DNA from: Octopus sinensis
Taxonomy: Eukaryota
Length of the DNA stretch: 64,000 nt
Assembly (NCBI RefSeq): GCF_006345805.1
Contig: NC_043024.1
Span: 12,214,001 to 12,278,000 of the forward strand
Direction: 5' to 3'
A program made the position numbers and the translations under genes. This document shows, one piece after another, positions 50,041-62,884 of this stretch (positions within the stretch are counted from its first letter, which is position 1; every line of letters starts with the position of its first letter). The notes under the pieces were generated by a model. It was not told the origin of the DNA and made no database searches. It worked only from the letters and a program-made list of their open reading frames with translations.

Positions 50041-50253
50041 ATTAAAAATTCTTTGTCTTTTTTTGTTCTGATGCTTCTTAAGGAAAAAGAATTAGTTATC
50101 GCTGCCTTCTGTGATCTAGATCTCGTAGGCGAAGGTAACGAATACGTACACCTGGTGTTTAGGAGTTTTTGTTATACCGAAAACGGGTGTTGTGCGTATT
50201 CTTTACCTCCCCCATATCGTGTGCACCAAAAGCTGTCATATGAATATAATGAA

Positions 50254-50374
50254 CAGGGGCGGACCCGAGGGGCACATGTCCCCTTCAAGGAAAAGTGCGC
50301 GTACATTTCTCCTGGAAGTGTATTCCCGTCTGATCTTGTGCCCTCCCTTTGAAAAATTCCTGAAACCGCACCTG
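50254..50374. mobile_element. PIF/Harbinger-like MITE
   Basis: Ends CAGGGGCGGACCCG and CCTGAAACCGCACCTG. Confidence 0.55.
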
Positions 50375-50494
50375 TTGAATTTATGGAATTTCATCAACTT
50401 CAGTTTCTATCATAATTTATTTATACTTTTACCGTAACACTAAACTTCAGGTTAGCTAACAACACATACTTGCATTATAATTTGAAGAAAGCAA

Positions 50495-50710
50495 GTCGAT
50501 GGGGCACTAAAGTGTAGTTATACGTCTGTTTTCATACCTGTATTTGTATAACTGTTGCTGTTATTTCATTGTACGCATGATATTGTTATTTTCTATCGGG
50601 TTTGTTTGGGAGAAATTTGTTTTTTATTATGATCAAGTTCGTCGATAAACTCCCTATTTTGTATTCACGGTAAAGGAATCATATTTACCTACTGTTTCTT
50701 AATATATATT
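50495..50710 (+). promoter_or_regulatory. Inverted fifth copy of the ZNF promoter/exon-1 module
   Basis: gatggggcactaaagtgtagttatacgtct matches the gene 2 upstream block. The NRF1 site is degenerate (tacgcatgatat at 50572). The donor is CACG|GTAAAG at 50669/50670, followed by atttacctactgtttcttaatatatattt. Confidence 0.7.
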
Positions 50711-51581
50711 TTTTCTTTCTATATTATGTGATTGTGTTTCGTTTGGGCGATTGTATATCTTATCGGCTAAATTGAGTATTATGTCTATGTGGTAATCTTA
50801 GGAGTGGCTGTGTGGTAAGTAGCTTGCTTACAAACCACATGGTTCCGGGTTCAGTCCCACTGCGTGGCACCTTACGCAAGTGTCTTCTACTATAGACTGT
50901 GTTTTTTTTTCTCAGTGGAGTCCAACTCAGCAAAAATTATTTAAAAAAAAATATCAGTCAGATCATTCTAATTTTTTTTTGATTTTTTGCATTTTATACT
51001 TACAACTTTTTTCTAAGATAAAATAGTAGTACACAAATTTTGGGTTTTTTTATAGTGTCTTTATGTCTCATTGCAATAAAAATAAAATATACAAGTTAAA
51101 GTAAATTTTGATCAGTTTTTTAATCTAAAAAAGCGATAATCCTTTTCTCTTTTGAAGCTTCTTGTTTCAAAAGGTCGCGAAAGTAGAGAGGAAGCTGAGT
51201 CAATTGACTCTTTTGTCATTTTGTGGGTAAATGAAAACTTGAAAAATGTTACCAAGTTTTAATTTTGTTTTTGATGAATCAACAAAAATCTAGCAATGAA
51301 TTTAATAACAAAATTATATTCTAGTTTACTTGTTTATGTGAATTTCTTAAAAATTATTTTAAAGCAATGGAATTAATAAATGGATAAAAATGTTACCTTT
51401 TAACCACACAAAATCAAATTCACTGCTAAAGAATTCTGAATAGTGGTCACATGATTAAATTCCATGAGGTAATAGTGACTTTTGACCTCTGAATAGGCAG
51501 TTAAGAATTTAAGCAGGATAAAGAATTGCTTTACTACTCCCTGTTTTGACCTTTTTTTTTTTTTCTCTTTTCACTCCCTAG

Positions 51582-51591
51582 AAAACAGCAG
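51582..51591 (+). other. Candidate 10-nt microexon
   Basis: ttttgac + cttttttttttttctcttttcactccctag|AAAACAGCAG|GTGAGT. Confidence 0.45.
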
Positions 51592-52341
51592 GTGAGTTGT
51601 CTATCTTTTGAATTCCCCAAAGGCATGCAAGTATATTTGCTTTCTTTAGTGGTCCTACAATGCCAATCCTTTTATTAATAGCTGCTGATCAATTCAATTC
51701 ATTCTAATTACAGAAGTGTTCTCTTGGACAGTCAGAAGCAAATCTTTTTCTGCATTTTGTGTCTGTTTAGGGATCAAAAACCATAATTCATTCATGCAAC
51801 CACAACCCAGAGGGAAACAGAAAAATAAATTCATAGGAAAGTTAAGATAATAAATAATTAACTTTACATGAAACCAAAATTTATTTATTATAGAAAAGGA
51901 AGGCATGCAATGCATCCGTTCCATACATAGATGCCTCGTGTCTGTAGTGCTGACCACTTCCCAGCACCCACACCACACTCAATCTTCAATAGTATCACCA
52001 CACATGAGTAGTCGCATGTTACAGATGCACACACACTTACACACCCAGACTTGTTAAAAACTTTACAAAGTCACTGCCCCCTCCCCATTCACACACACGC
52101 TTTTCAGTTAGGGGGTCACCTTCAATGTATTATCAGCCTTTTTTCCAACCTCCTTTTCTAATCAGTTGCCATGCTTGATTGCTAAATCTACAGATTTTTC
52201 TAATTCTCTCTTATTCCTTTCGGTTGAAAGGCTTGAAACATAGTCTTTTTCATTTTTCATATTCCCAAATGTCAAACTTAATACACCTGCTTGTTGTTCA
52301 AACACCTGTCTTCATTTTTTGTTTTTTCTATAAATTTCATT

Positions 52342-52378
<37 letters not shown>

Positions 52379-52716
52379 GTAATATTCTAGGTTTCATAGA
52401 ATGAGTTTTGACATCAATAAGGTTATTCTTCTCTTTTGCAATTAATAAACATTTTTTTTTTTTCATAGAGTGATTTACAATTGATACCACATGAGTTTCT
52501 CTACATGTTGTGTAGTTGAGTGACTATCTCTTGAGTATGCTTTACCACAAATATCACAGTGTCATGGTTTCTCTTCATGTCTGGTGAAGATATCTCCATC
52601 AGAGAAGGATTAATCAAAGACATCTGAGTGATACAGCCTTTCCCCAAGAGAGTGATTTACAACAGTTGATCCAGGATGAATGTTTTGTTGAAGTATTTCA
52701 GTGGGAAAAGGATTTC

Positions 52717-54327
52717 CTACAAACACAGTGGTTCTCCAGTGTGTCTAAGTCTGTGGTTTTTTAACAAACAATTTTCAAAGAATGATTCATGGCAGATATC
52801 ACATTGATATGGTTTCTCACCTGTATGATAAAGCTTGTGTTTTTTTAAGAAACGATTTTCTGAGAATGATTTACCACAGATATTACAGTGGTATGGATGT
52901 TCTCCTGTGTGATTAAGCTTGTGTTTTTTTAAGAACCGATTTTCTGAGAACGATTTACCACAAATGTCACAGTGAAAAGGTTTCTCGCCTGTATGAGTAC
53001 GTTTATGAACTTTCAAGTTACTACTTACAGTGAATGTTTTACCACAAATATCACAATTATATGGTGAATCTCCTGTATGAATGTACATATGTCTATTTAA
53101 GTTACTAGCAATGGAAAACGATTTACCACAGATATCACAGCGATGTGGCTTCTCTCCTGTGTGAATACGTTTGTGTTGAATTATGTTACTTTCAATAGTA
53201 GATGAATAACCACAAATATCGCACTGATATGGTTTCTCTCCTGTGTGAATGCGCGAGTGTTTTTTCAAGGAACTTCTTACAGAGAATGATTTACCACAGA
53301 CATCACAGCGATATGGTTTCTCTCCTGTATGACTGCGTATGTGATTGGTTAAAGCTCTACTTTGAGAGAACGATTTACCGCAGATATCACATTGATGTGG
53401 CTTCCCTTTAGTGTGGATCTGTTTGTGATCACTGAAGACACTTTTATCAGAGAATGACTGACCGCAAATGTTACAGTGAAATGGTTTTTCTCCAGTATGG
53501 ATCAGTTTATGTTTGGTAAAGGAACCCCTGAAGAAGAAAGATTTCCCACACATATCACAGTGATAAGGTTTCCCTCCTGTATGAACATAAGCATGCGCAT
53601 TCAAGGCACTTCTTTCAGAAAAGCCATCACCGCAAACATGACAGTGGTAAGGTTTCTCTCCTGTATGAACATATCCATGAGCAACTAAAGCACATTTTTG
53701 AGAAAATCCATCACCACAAATATCACAGTAATATGGTTTCTTTCCTGTATGAATATACTTATGAGCAGCTAAGAGGTTGTTTTGGCAGAATGATTCACCA
53801 CAAATGTCACAGTGATATGGTTTTTCACCAGTATGGGTTCGTACATGTTGTGCTAAAGTATATGCTTGAGAGAATAATTTATTACAGACATCACATTTAT
53901 AGGGTTTTTCTCCTGTGTGACTAGTTATATGTCTAGTTAAGTGAATAATCTGAGAGAATGATATACCACAGATATCACAGCGATACGGTTTCTCCCCTGT
54001 ATGAATACGTTTGTGTTTAGTTAAAGTACTCCCATCGGAGAATGAATTACCACAGATATCACAATGATGTGGCTTTGCTCCAGTATGAACATAGTTGTGT
54101 CTAGCTAAATGATGTTTATGAGAAAAGGATTTACCACAGATGTCACAACTATATGGTTTCTTTTCTCCCGTGTGGCTATATTTGTGTGAAGCTAAACTAT
54201 CTGCACGCGAGAATGATTTACCACATATGTTGCAGTAATGGCATCGGTGTTTGGTGAGTGTAACGGCCTTAGAAAAGGACTTTTTACAGATATTGCAGGT
54301 GTATAATTTTTGCATTGTTTTTGCCAT
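52717..54327 (-). CDS. C2H2 zinc-finger protein, cluster gene 4 (536 aa, 19 fingers)
   Basis: Intact ORF. Acceptor ttgtttcag| at 54892. Confidence 0.95.
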   Translation of the reverse strand: MAKTMQKLYTCNICKKSFSKAVTLTKHRCHYCNICGKSFSRADSLASHKYSHTGEKKPYSCDICGKSFSHKHHLARHNYVHTGAKPHHCDICGNSFSDGSTLTKHKRIHTGEKPYRCDICGISFSQIIHLTRHITSHTGEKPYKCDVCNKLFSQAYTLAQHVRTHTGEKPYHCDICGESFCQNNLLAAHKYIHTGKKPYYCDICGDGFSQKCALVAHGYVHTGEKPYHCHVCGDGFSERSALNAHAYVHTGGKPYHCDMCGKSFFFRGSFTKHKLIHTGEKPFHCNICGQSFSDKSVFSDHKQIHTKGKPHQCDICGKSFSQSRALTNHIRSHTGEKPYRCDVCGKSFSVRSSLKKHSRIHTGEKPYQCDICGYSSTIESNIIQHKRIHTGEKPHRCDICGKSFSIASNLNRHMYIHTGDSPYNCDICGKTFTVSSNLKVHKRTHTGEKPFHCDICGKSFSENRFLKKHKLNHTGEHPYHCNICGKSFSENRFLKKHKLYHTGEKPYQCDICHESFFENCLLKNHRLRHTGEPLCL

Positions 54328-54355
54328 GTTTTTACAAAAACACTCATTCTTTTAA

Positions 54356-54540
54356 CCCATTAATATTCAGATTACTTTGTCAAATGCAATGCTTATTTAT
54401 TCAATTTTGAATTAATCATGCATTATATTGTAGCTTCAAAATTTCAATGACGTGTGTGTTTATTTTTGGGTGATAGAGGCTAATCTAAAACAGGTAGACT
54501 ATTTGGGGCCAGATATGGCTGGTTTAAACCACCTAAAGGG
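54356..54540. mobile_element. piggyBac-type MITE in the putative 5' UTR of gene 4
   Basis: TTAA|CCCATT... and ...AAAGGG|TTAT termini. Confidence 0.7.
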
Positions 54541-54921
54541 TTATGTGTCTCAAATATTGTTTCGATATTTTTTCTCTCACCATAATAAATTAGCAGTTTT
54601 CTTATTTCTGTTTTTATAGTTCGTTGGTAACAAATATTTCTTTTGCTATATTGCCATCATTTGTGATCTGTCAATATCCAAAGATGGTGCAAATTGCTTT
54701 GTAAATTTATCCCTATTTGGAAAAGAGAAATTTTCTAGGAATCACAGGACTAAAGAAACAGTTTACCATCCGTTTACATAAAAAAGGGTTTTATGTTTCT
54801 TCTGCACAACATTTTCCTTTAATCTTGAGAAGATGGTAATGGTGATGCTTCTGAAGTTAACGATTCTCTTCTCTCAATGTCATCTGATGTTCTGAAACAA
54901 TAAACAAACAAAATAACATAT

Positions 54922-55440
54922 ATGAGGTGCATTCCAGAAGTTTTGAGATTTTTTAAAAGGAGATGCGGTTACAACTCGCTTAGATTATTGTAATTTTAGT
55001 ATCTCATTACTATCAGTGGTGGGCATGGTTTGTTTAGTGGATTGGCACTTTCACTAACTTTGGAAACCATTAGCAGACCAATTAGACGTTTGTTCCGGTC
55101 TGTTGTGGGCATGTCTCGAAGAGCCCATCAGGCACACTATTGGCTGACTACGTGTACACATGATTGGTCGATGCAGCAGCAGCAGAGAGTGCAATTCTGC
55201 AGTTTTGAGTTGTGTTCACTTACGATGTTGTCGCATTACAGACAGTCGTACAGTGTCACTGACAGTGGTGTGTATTATCAGCTTATCAAGTTATCATTAT
55301 GGAAGGTGAAGACATTTTTGTTCAAGCTGAGGATGAAGGTCCAGTTTAGGAGTCTGCAACAGCTGTGGATGAGGCAGAGGTCACTCAGGTGTAGAGCCAA
55401 AGGTTGTGTAATGTTTAAGACTTTAGCAACAGCATGACAT
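54922..55440 (+). mobile_element. Decayed mariner-like 5' fragment in the gene 4 intron
   Basis: TA-tgaggtgcattccagaagttttgaga TIR-like start and a QQQRVQF relic of the EQR..IKF transposase start. Confidence 0.5.
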
Positions 55441-57399
55441 CATAGTTGTGTTGGCCGTTTTCGTTTTTTGTTTATAAATGTCTTACATTTTTTTCATTGG
55501 TCAATTTTACTGTCCATACATCGATTCTAATCTTTGTGATAAGTTTCTTTTCCATGAAGAAAGTTTCTTAGAATCAGGTTTATAAAAACCCTGATTTTTG
55601 GGAAATTATTCAGTGACCTTTGATTTGCCATATGGGACCTTGGCTTTGGTCAGCCCGAGGCTATTGTAGAAGACACTTGCCCAAGGTGCCATGCAGTGAG
55701 ACTAAACCCAGAATCATGTGATTGGAAGGTAAGCTTCTTACCACACAGCCACACGTGCACCCCGTAGGAGAAATTATGATAAACATGTTTATATCATTTA
55801 ACCCGTACCCCGTCCTAGCGCGGGAAACGGACGTTAAACGATGATAATGATGATGTACGTTTCACCGTTGTAGTTGTTTGGAACCCCAGCACTGGACGTT
55901 TGAAATGCCATTGGGCAGAAGTCTGCTTTAAATGCACAAAATAACCCTTCATAACTTTTTCATTTTGAGGAATTTTCAGAAACTTTTTGCGAATTTCGAT
56001 TGTGTAAATATGATTATGCAAAACAAAAGGAAAAAAAAAGATTTTTTGTGTGATTTAAGGGGGTATTTAGCTGTTATTTTTAGCCCATCTCACGACAACC
56101 AAAATACCCACCTCCTTCGTTTGTCAATCTGACGTATCGATGTTTTTCAATATCTTTCTCGTCATAAATATATTGAATAGTCTATTGATGGGATTTAATA
56201 AAAAAAATAAAATTATGACTGTCCATATTTGAAATTGAATTAAATTTATTTTTCATAGTCGAATGAATTCCCGTGTGTAGAATACAAATTCGCAAACATT
56301 TTCTGAAAATCCCCAAAAATAAAGAGTTATGAAGTGGGTATCTGGCGTGCTTAAAGAGAATTCCTCCACACATCTTACTGTTTGTCGAAGATGACCAGTT
56401 TGCAGAATGTATTTAGGACACGAAGATAATATAGAAGCTTGCCATGCAACAGAGGTTTGTGTTAAAAATTATGATAGAAGAGCAAATGTGGGAGGGAAAA
56501 TGACGATAAACAAGTTTATGGCATTTGTTGAGGATTGTTGTTGCTTGAAATCTGCTCTGGATGTTCCGAGTGCAATCGGAGGCTGAACCACAACAGACCA
56601 TCGATGGTATTATTCTTTATTGCATTAAGTGATGCAGTGAAAAAGTATTTCCTGGTTTGTTGTGAATCACTCGGAACATCCAGGATTGTGGTTCCCAACA
56701 AACACAACAGTGAAACATACACAGGAAGATTAATGATATAAACTAGGGTTTATCGTGATTTCTTATATACAAATGTGTGTCTGAAGGTGCATGATTGCCC
56801 AGTGGTTAGGGTGCTGCACTCATGATCGCTGGACCGTGGGTTCAATCCCTGGATGCGTTGTGTTCTTCGTTTCTTGGTTCTCTGCCATCAATTCGAGACC
56901 AGATGTTTGGTAAGACTATACAACTGTTCGGGTAAGGTCGATCTGATGGGGTGAGTGAGCTAATTAATGAACACCACATACATTTGATCATTCCCCAAAA
57001 AATCATTTGCGCAAAAACTGAACAATTCAGACGTTGTCGAGAGATTCCACCACACATACACACACATATATATATATATATAATGACGATCTTTGGTTTA
57101 TATATATATATATATATATAAACCAAAGATTGTCAATTTTCTGCTGCAAAATCGTAAGGAAGACCATCTAAAATGGTATCTCTAGAGAATTTAATTAATA
57201 AAGCATGTATTTTAAAGTTATGGGGGCAAAACAAAGTGTAATTACGGTTCTGTATTCTCCTCTGAGTAAATGGAGAAAGGGTCCTCGTGAAAGGAGTGCA
57301 ACAAAGGGAGAGGTCGTCGTCGCTTTGCCAGGTGAGCAGAAGCATTATCAGGAACGATGCAGGAGATAAATATAATATAGGAAATAAATATTATGAAAC

Positions 57400-57600
57400 C
57401 GTGGATAAGCATGATTACTTTACCATGACGTACAAAGTGGACGATTTCTGCGATGAACGGGATTAGGATTAAAGAATTTTTCTTAAAATAATCTTCGGAG
57501 CATCAAAGAACCCATGTCTGTTTGCGCATGCGCATGACGAAATGTTTTCTATTGACAAATAAGTACACATAGACACAACTACAGTTTAGGGCCCCATCAA
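57400..57600 (-). promoter_or_regulatory. Promoter/non-coding exon 1 of gene 4
   Basis: Perfect TGCGCATGCGCA at 57523-57534, donor CATG|GTAAAG at 57424/57423, and the upstream acatagac..aactaca..tttag..cccatcaa block. Confidence 0.7.
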
Positions 57601-57949
57601 TTTTATTTCTTCCTAATTTGAATATCTTTTTTTTTTTTACTTGTCTTAGTCATTAGACTGCGACCATGCTGGAACATACTGTCTTGAAGGGTTTTAATCG
57701 AATAAATCGACCCCAGTACTTAAAAAAAATTCTTTTTAAAGTCTGGTGCTTATTATATTAGTCTTTTATTGCTGAAACGCTAAGTAACAAAGACGTAAAC
57801 AAACCAGCACCAGGTATCAAGCAGTGTTAGAGGACAAAAACATAAACGCAGGTGTGGCTCTATGGTAAGCAACTTGCCTACTGTGGTCTTGAGCCATGTG
57901 AGTCTATTCGGTAGACGGAAACTGAAAGACTGTCGTGTGTGTATATAAA

Positions 57950-58262
57950 GGTAAGGTAAAGACCCCCTTCGGTCATGAATGACCATGGGATTGCACCTAG
58001 AAAGTTACCCTCCTAGACACAAGTCCGGGCAAGGTTGTTTATGGAAGACCAGCAGTCGCCCATGCATACCAGCCTCCCCTCTCCACGCCACCAGTGTTAT
58101 CCAAGGGAAAGACAAAGGTCGATACGGCTTGGCACCTGTGACGTCGCAACTCATTTCTACAGCTGAGTGAACTGGAGCAACGTGAAATAAAGTGCCTTGC
58201 TCGAGAACACAACACGCAGCCCGGTCCGGGATTCGAGCTCACAACCTCACGATCGTAAGCTC
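57950..58262 (-). mobile_element. Near full-length tRNA-derived SINE
   Basis: The head (reverse complement gagcttacgatcgtgaggttgtgagctcgaatcccgg) is B-box-like, and the element has a (ccttta)n-like tail. Confidence 0.75.
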
Positions 58263-60699
58263 ATATATATACGAGAGAGAGAGATTCGTATTTGTCTCCC
58301 GCAATCACTTGACAACTGGTACTTAATTTATCGACCCCGAAACGATGAAAGGTAAAGTTGACCTCGGCGGAATTTGAACTCAGAACGTAGCGGCAGACGA
58401 AATACTGCCAAGCATTTCTCCCGTCCTGCTCGTCGCCTTTTTCCTGAAAGAAAATTACCAGAGAACTTTCTTCCGAATCTTTCTGTTAACAATTGCAATC
58501 TGTTCATTGCAGGTTGAATGCTGAGTCAAATCGAAAGAAAACCGTTTATTCGTTTCTTTTCGTCATTGAGTATTGGGGTGGTTGTGAGGTGTGCTAAAAA
58601 TAACAGCTAAATAAGATGTTTTGAGTAAATCTTTTAAACTAACATAAATATTTAGTTACATGCGACATAACACGTGTTGTTGGATCTTTTCGGTTTGAAC
58701 GGCACTCTACAGAAATTATCAAAATTTACTCCAGGTTAATAATTAAGGTCCCTTTAAGCCCTAAACTATAAAAGATGCTGAAGGACTTGTTAGAAGTTGA
58801 AAGTAGAGTTAACTCCCCTTGTCCCGATTCTCTTCATTTCCTGCTTTTGTTTCGTCTCTTAATTATGCGATCGGTTTCACTTTACAACTGATATTTATAA
58901 GAAAACCCACTTAAATATACGCATGATTGGTAATTAGTTGTGTAAAGAAATAGACATAGCATTCTTTATTATGTTGACCTGAAAAATATTAATTCAACGT
59001 TTGCTGTAAAAATCTCTTGAAGCTGTCCAAGTCTTGAAGTTCTGACCAACATATTGTCACATCTTTCTAATTAGCTTTCCCCAAGTTAATATGTAAGTAT
59101 CATATTTATATAAACATTTATATTGTATTCGCGTTATTTTACGTAATTCCGTTTGTTTTGATTCACTAGAATTTCAAATGGACAAGATTCTCTGGAAGAT
59201 AACATTTTCGTCTGTAATAAAGATAAACAATTCATACATTTATATCTTTATATATTTATATGTTGCTGTGGGAGTGTCAGATCTGGTTTTAAACATATAA
59301 AGGTACAAATAGTAAAATAAGTGAATATTCGAAACTGAAAATATACCCAGTTTCTGTTAATATACGTTGCGACATAAAAAAAATCATATAACAATAATAA
59401 TCGTTTCTATTAAAGGCAGAAAGCTCGACATTTTGAGGAGGAGGATGCTCGGCGATTGCATCGACACCAGTACTTGAGCACTTTATTTCATCGACTCTAA
59501 AAACATGAAACGGCTTAAAGACAGACGAAAAGCCGCTAAATAATAATAATGGGACGAGATAGGAAAGTAATGGTGATACCGGTGGTTATTTAAGCATTAA
59601 GAGCAGTTTTCAAGTGTCTTGAGAAATATATTAAGAATATTGGAACTGCTGTCAGGCTCGAAGTGATCCAGAAGACAGCATCGTTGGGTACAGGTCGCAT
59701 TCTAAGAAGAGTATTGTCTCTGAGTTAGAGGAGAAGGCAATACTTGAAACCTTTGGTGATTTGTTATTGCCTGCTTTCAAATAAAGAACAACCTCAAATA
59801 GAACAGCGAGAATCAAAACAATAATAATAATATTCTAGCAGAAATGTATATCTGTTGAATTACATAATGTATTTGAGCTAAACGATGTGCAAATAATTGG
59901 CCTTTTAAATTATGTAGATATTATAGGTGATGGTTAGTCTTATGGGTAAATTTTGATACTTTCACCCACACGATTTTCACTACGAAAAAAAAATCGCATT
60001 TTTTGCGTGGAATCAAATAGCCTGAACTAATATGCCGCAAACCCCTTATTTTTGTTCAGAAAATAGTGGGTGGGGTGGGGGAGGAACCAGACTTCCTCCT
60101 ATCCCGGAATCATTGGAATTGTTTTTTCCTTTGAATGAATTATTTGAATGAATTATGCCACAAAACCTTATTTTTGGTCTGGAAAAGGGGATGAGATGGG
60201 GTGGAATCCTCGGAAATTTCACCCCCACACCCGTTAGGAAGTGTACCTGCACAAAGAAAGAAAAAACTGATTTTTTGCATACAATCAAGTACTCTGATCT
60301 AACCTGCCAGAACCCCTTATTTTTGTTTGGAAAAAAGGGTTGGGTGGGAAACCAGATCACCCCCACCCACCATATCCTGGAATCATTGGAAATTTTTTTT
60401 GTTTTCGTTGAATGAATTACGGTGACCTCCTAATATGCTACAAACCTCATTTTTTGGTCCAGAAAACGGGCAACAGGTCTTGCATGGCTGAGGCAGTAAT
60501 GCTAGTGCATTAATTACAGTGCACAGTATTGAATATGCCACAAATTAAGGCAGTAAAGCTGAGGCTGCCAACCGATGCATGAGGTATTATATGCTTCGAT
60601 CCTGCAGGAGCGAAAGTGTGGCATACTGGTGCATTGTAAGGGACAAACAACTTTCCCTATGTATGCATGACTGACCTAAGGTCTTACAGAGACAAGTTA

Positions 60700-60900
60700 T
60701 GTTTACAAGGGCGCAGGGAGCATGCAAAACAAACGAGAAAGGCATGTGTTTGGGCATGAACGTGATAGAGTTGGTGTAACAATGTGTGCAGATGTGTGCA
60801 GAAGACCAGGCACTTAGGAATGGTGCATGCAAAGAAAGCAATTGCAGACATTGAAAAGGAGGACATTTAGCAGAAACCATGGAATAAAAACAGGTGAACA
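60700..60900 (+). mobile_element. Gypsy gag zinc-knuckle relic
   Basis: Frameshifted DVCRRPG(H)..ACKESNCRH*KGGHLAET is a double CCHC knuckle pattern. Confidence 0.4.
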
Positions 60901-61399
60901 ATGCGTATGCAGTGCAAACATAACAAAATAAAATAAGCAAAAATGACAAACTTGGTTAGAAAGTGTTCTGGTCCTGAAAAGCTAAAAAGTAGCATTTGAA
61001 ATGCAAAGTAAATTCAAGTCTATGGCCGTTGAAAACGTTGCATGTGTGGGCTCCCATATTATCTTCCAATTTCTGGGCATGTAGCTGTCGAAATGATGCA
61101 TTTATTGGCTGCCATGGTCGGCAAATTCCTTGTGCGTCTGCAGTGTTGCATTGTTGTGAAGTGCATCATAATGTGGATAGTAGTAGAGAGCTTTTTGTAG
61201 CGGGTTGAAGGTGGGTGCATCTTGATGGAGATGAAGGTTGTCATTATTTTGCCTTTGGTCTAGCGACTGTTGATATGAAGACTACAGTTCTTTTTTAAGC
61301 TGAGGTAGTGAGGAAAAGATAGCAGCTAATGTAGCTCCACAAGGCAGCAATTCTTTTTTAAACGGGGTCACCAATTTGTAAATTGGTGCCTGTTATGGT

Positions 61400-62165
61400 G
61401 CAACGTCAGGATTACCAATTTGTAACAGTAGAAGTTAATTAGTGTAACGGTTGAGTTACCAATTTGTAAGGGTAGAAGTTTATTTTTGTAATGGTTGAAG
61501 TTTAATTTGTAAACAATAGTATGGAACATCTGAGTCGTGATCAGTTTGTAACGATTCTTCATTGATTGCCATTATGTAAAGGTGAAAGAACAGTGATTGA
61601 GGTTGTAAAGAAAATATTTATTTTACCATTATATTGTAAAATACCTTGCCTCAACGGGCAGGTGATAAAATCGTAAAGCACACAAAGTAAAGGTAGATGT
61701 AGATTTTCCTTGTATAGTTTGTGTTCTTGTCATTGTGTAGTAGTAATTACAGATAGGAATATTGATGTAAGAGAAAATAAAGTGAGAGTGAGAGAGTGTG
61801 GGATGAAACAACTGCTTCGTTGGTGGGTTACCATGGTTGTCCTTTTGTGCTTTTTTCTTCTGAGACAGCGTTTTGTTCAGCCAGTCAGCCAGACTCGGTT
61901 TTCAGTAACTGACTTTTGCTTGAGGGGTTCTTGTTTTTATAACTATCCAGAAGGATAGACATATCATTGAGAACAATAGATTTCGTTGGTGGTGCTTGTT
62001 ATCTTAATTCTAGCTTTTAGTAGTCTAGGAGAGGTTAGAAGGGTCAAGTGGTGAAGACATTATTTTGCTTAGCTAAGGCATCTGGCAAATGTAAACTGCT
62101 GTCAGAAAAACTATTGTTTTACCGTGAGAAAAGTGCAGTTGAACTGTTAATTTAAATTTAGCTAT
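61400..62165 (-). mobile_element. Old Penelope-like relic, same family as 8720-9250 and 11560-11930
   Basis: Nucleotide similarity to 11720-11930. Decayed ILLDSYKNKNPSS and a PC..RCSC-like motif. Confidence 0.45.
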
Positions 62166-62884
62166 CTAGGATTGAATTCACACTATACCTGCATGATTCA
62201 CAACACACACACACACACACATATATACGTGAGTCAACTAAGAGTCCATAACTCGGAAAAGATGCGTTTGTGTAACTGTCAATGGAGTGGGTATATTATC
62301 CAAAGTGTACAGTGTTATAAGTCCATCATGGCTGATCTTACCAATCGGTTTCATGCCAGGTGTACAATGGAGTGTTAGGTAACAATCCAATTATATAACC
62401 TTTTGCTCATCTCATTTGAATCTAATTTACTCAACTCTCTTCTTTTATTCTGTTTCTCTTTCATTTCAGAACATCAGATGACATTGACAGAAGAGAATTC
62501 TTAACATTACATTCATCATTGCTATTATCTTTTAATGATGAAGGCAAGATGTTATGCTGAACAAATATAATCCTGTTCACATAAATCCCTGGTGGATTAC
62601 ACTGAATTATTTCTTCTGAGTGAGATTGAGAAAGAATTATCTCTGTTTCAATGTGTGGAACATGAAAGAGATGGTTTAGTTTTAATTCAATTTCTACAAA
62701 TTTACAAAAGAATTTTCACCATCTTCAGATTATCAAGAAAAACCACAGAAGATGAAAATACTGCAGTAGAAACATATTTCTGATGATTAAACTATAGAGA
62801 CAAAAACAAGAAAATATCTATTGTGACGAGAGAAGAAAAGTTCTACTGAAATGAATTGAAAATTCATTTTTCTTTCCTGAAGAG

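Noticed and set aside
58918-59100. tacgcatga plus a GTAAGT donor at 59093 as the gene 5 promoter
   Set aside because: It is only a half-site, the spacing is wrong, and none of the other module blocks (GTAAAG donor context, TTCATCR, ACATAGAC block) is present.
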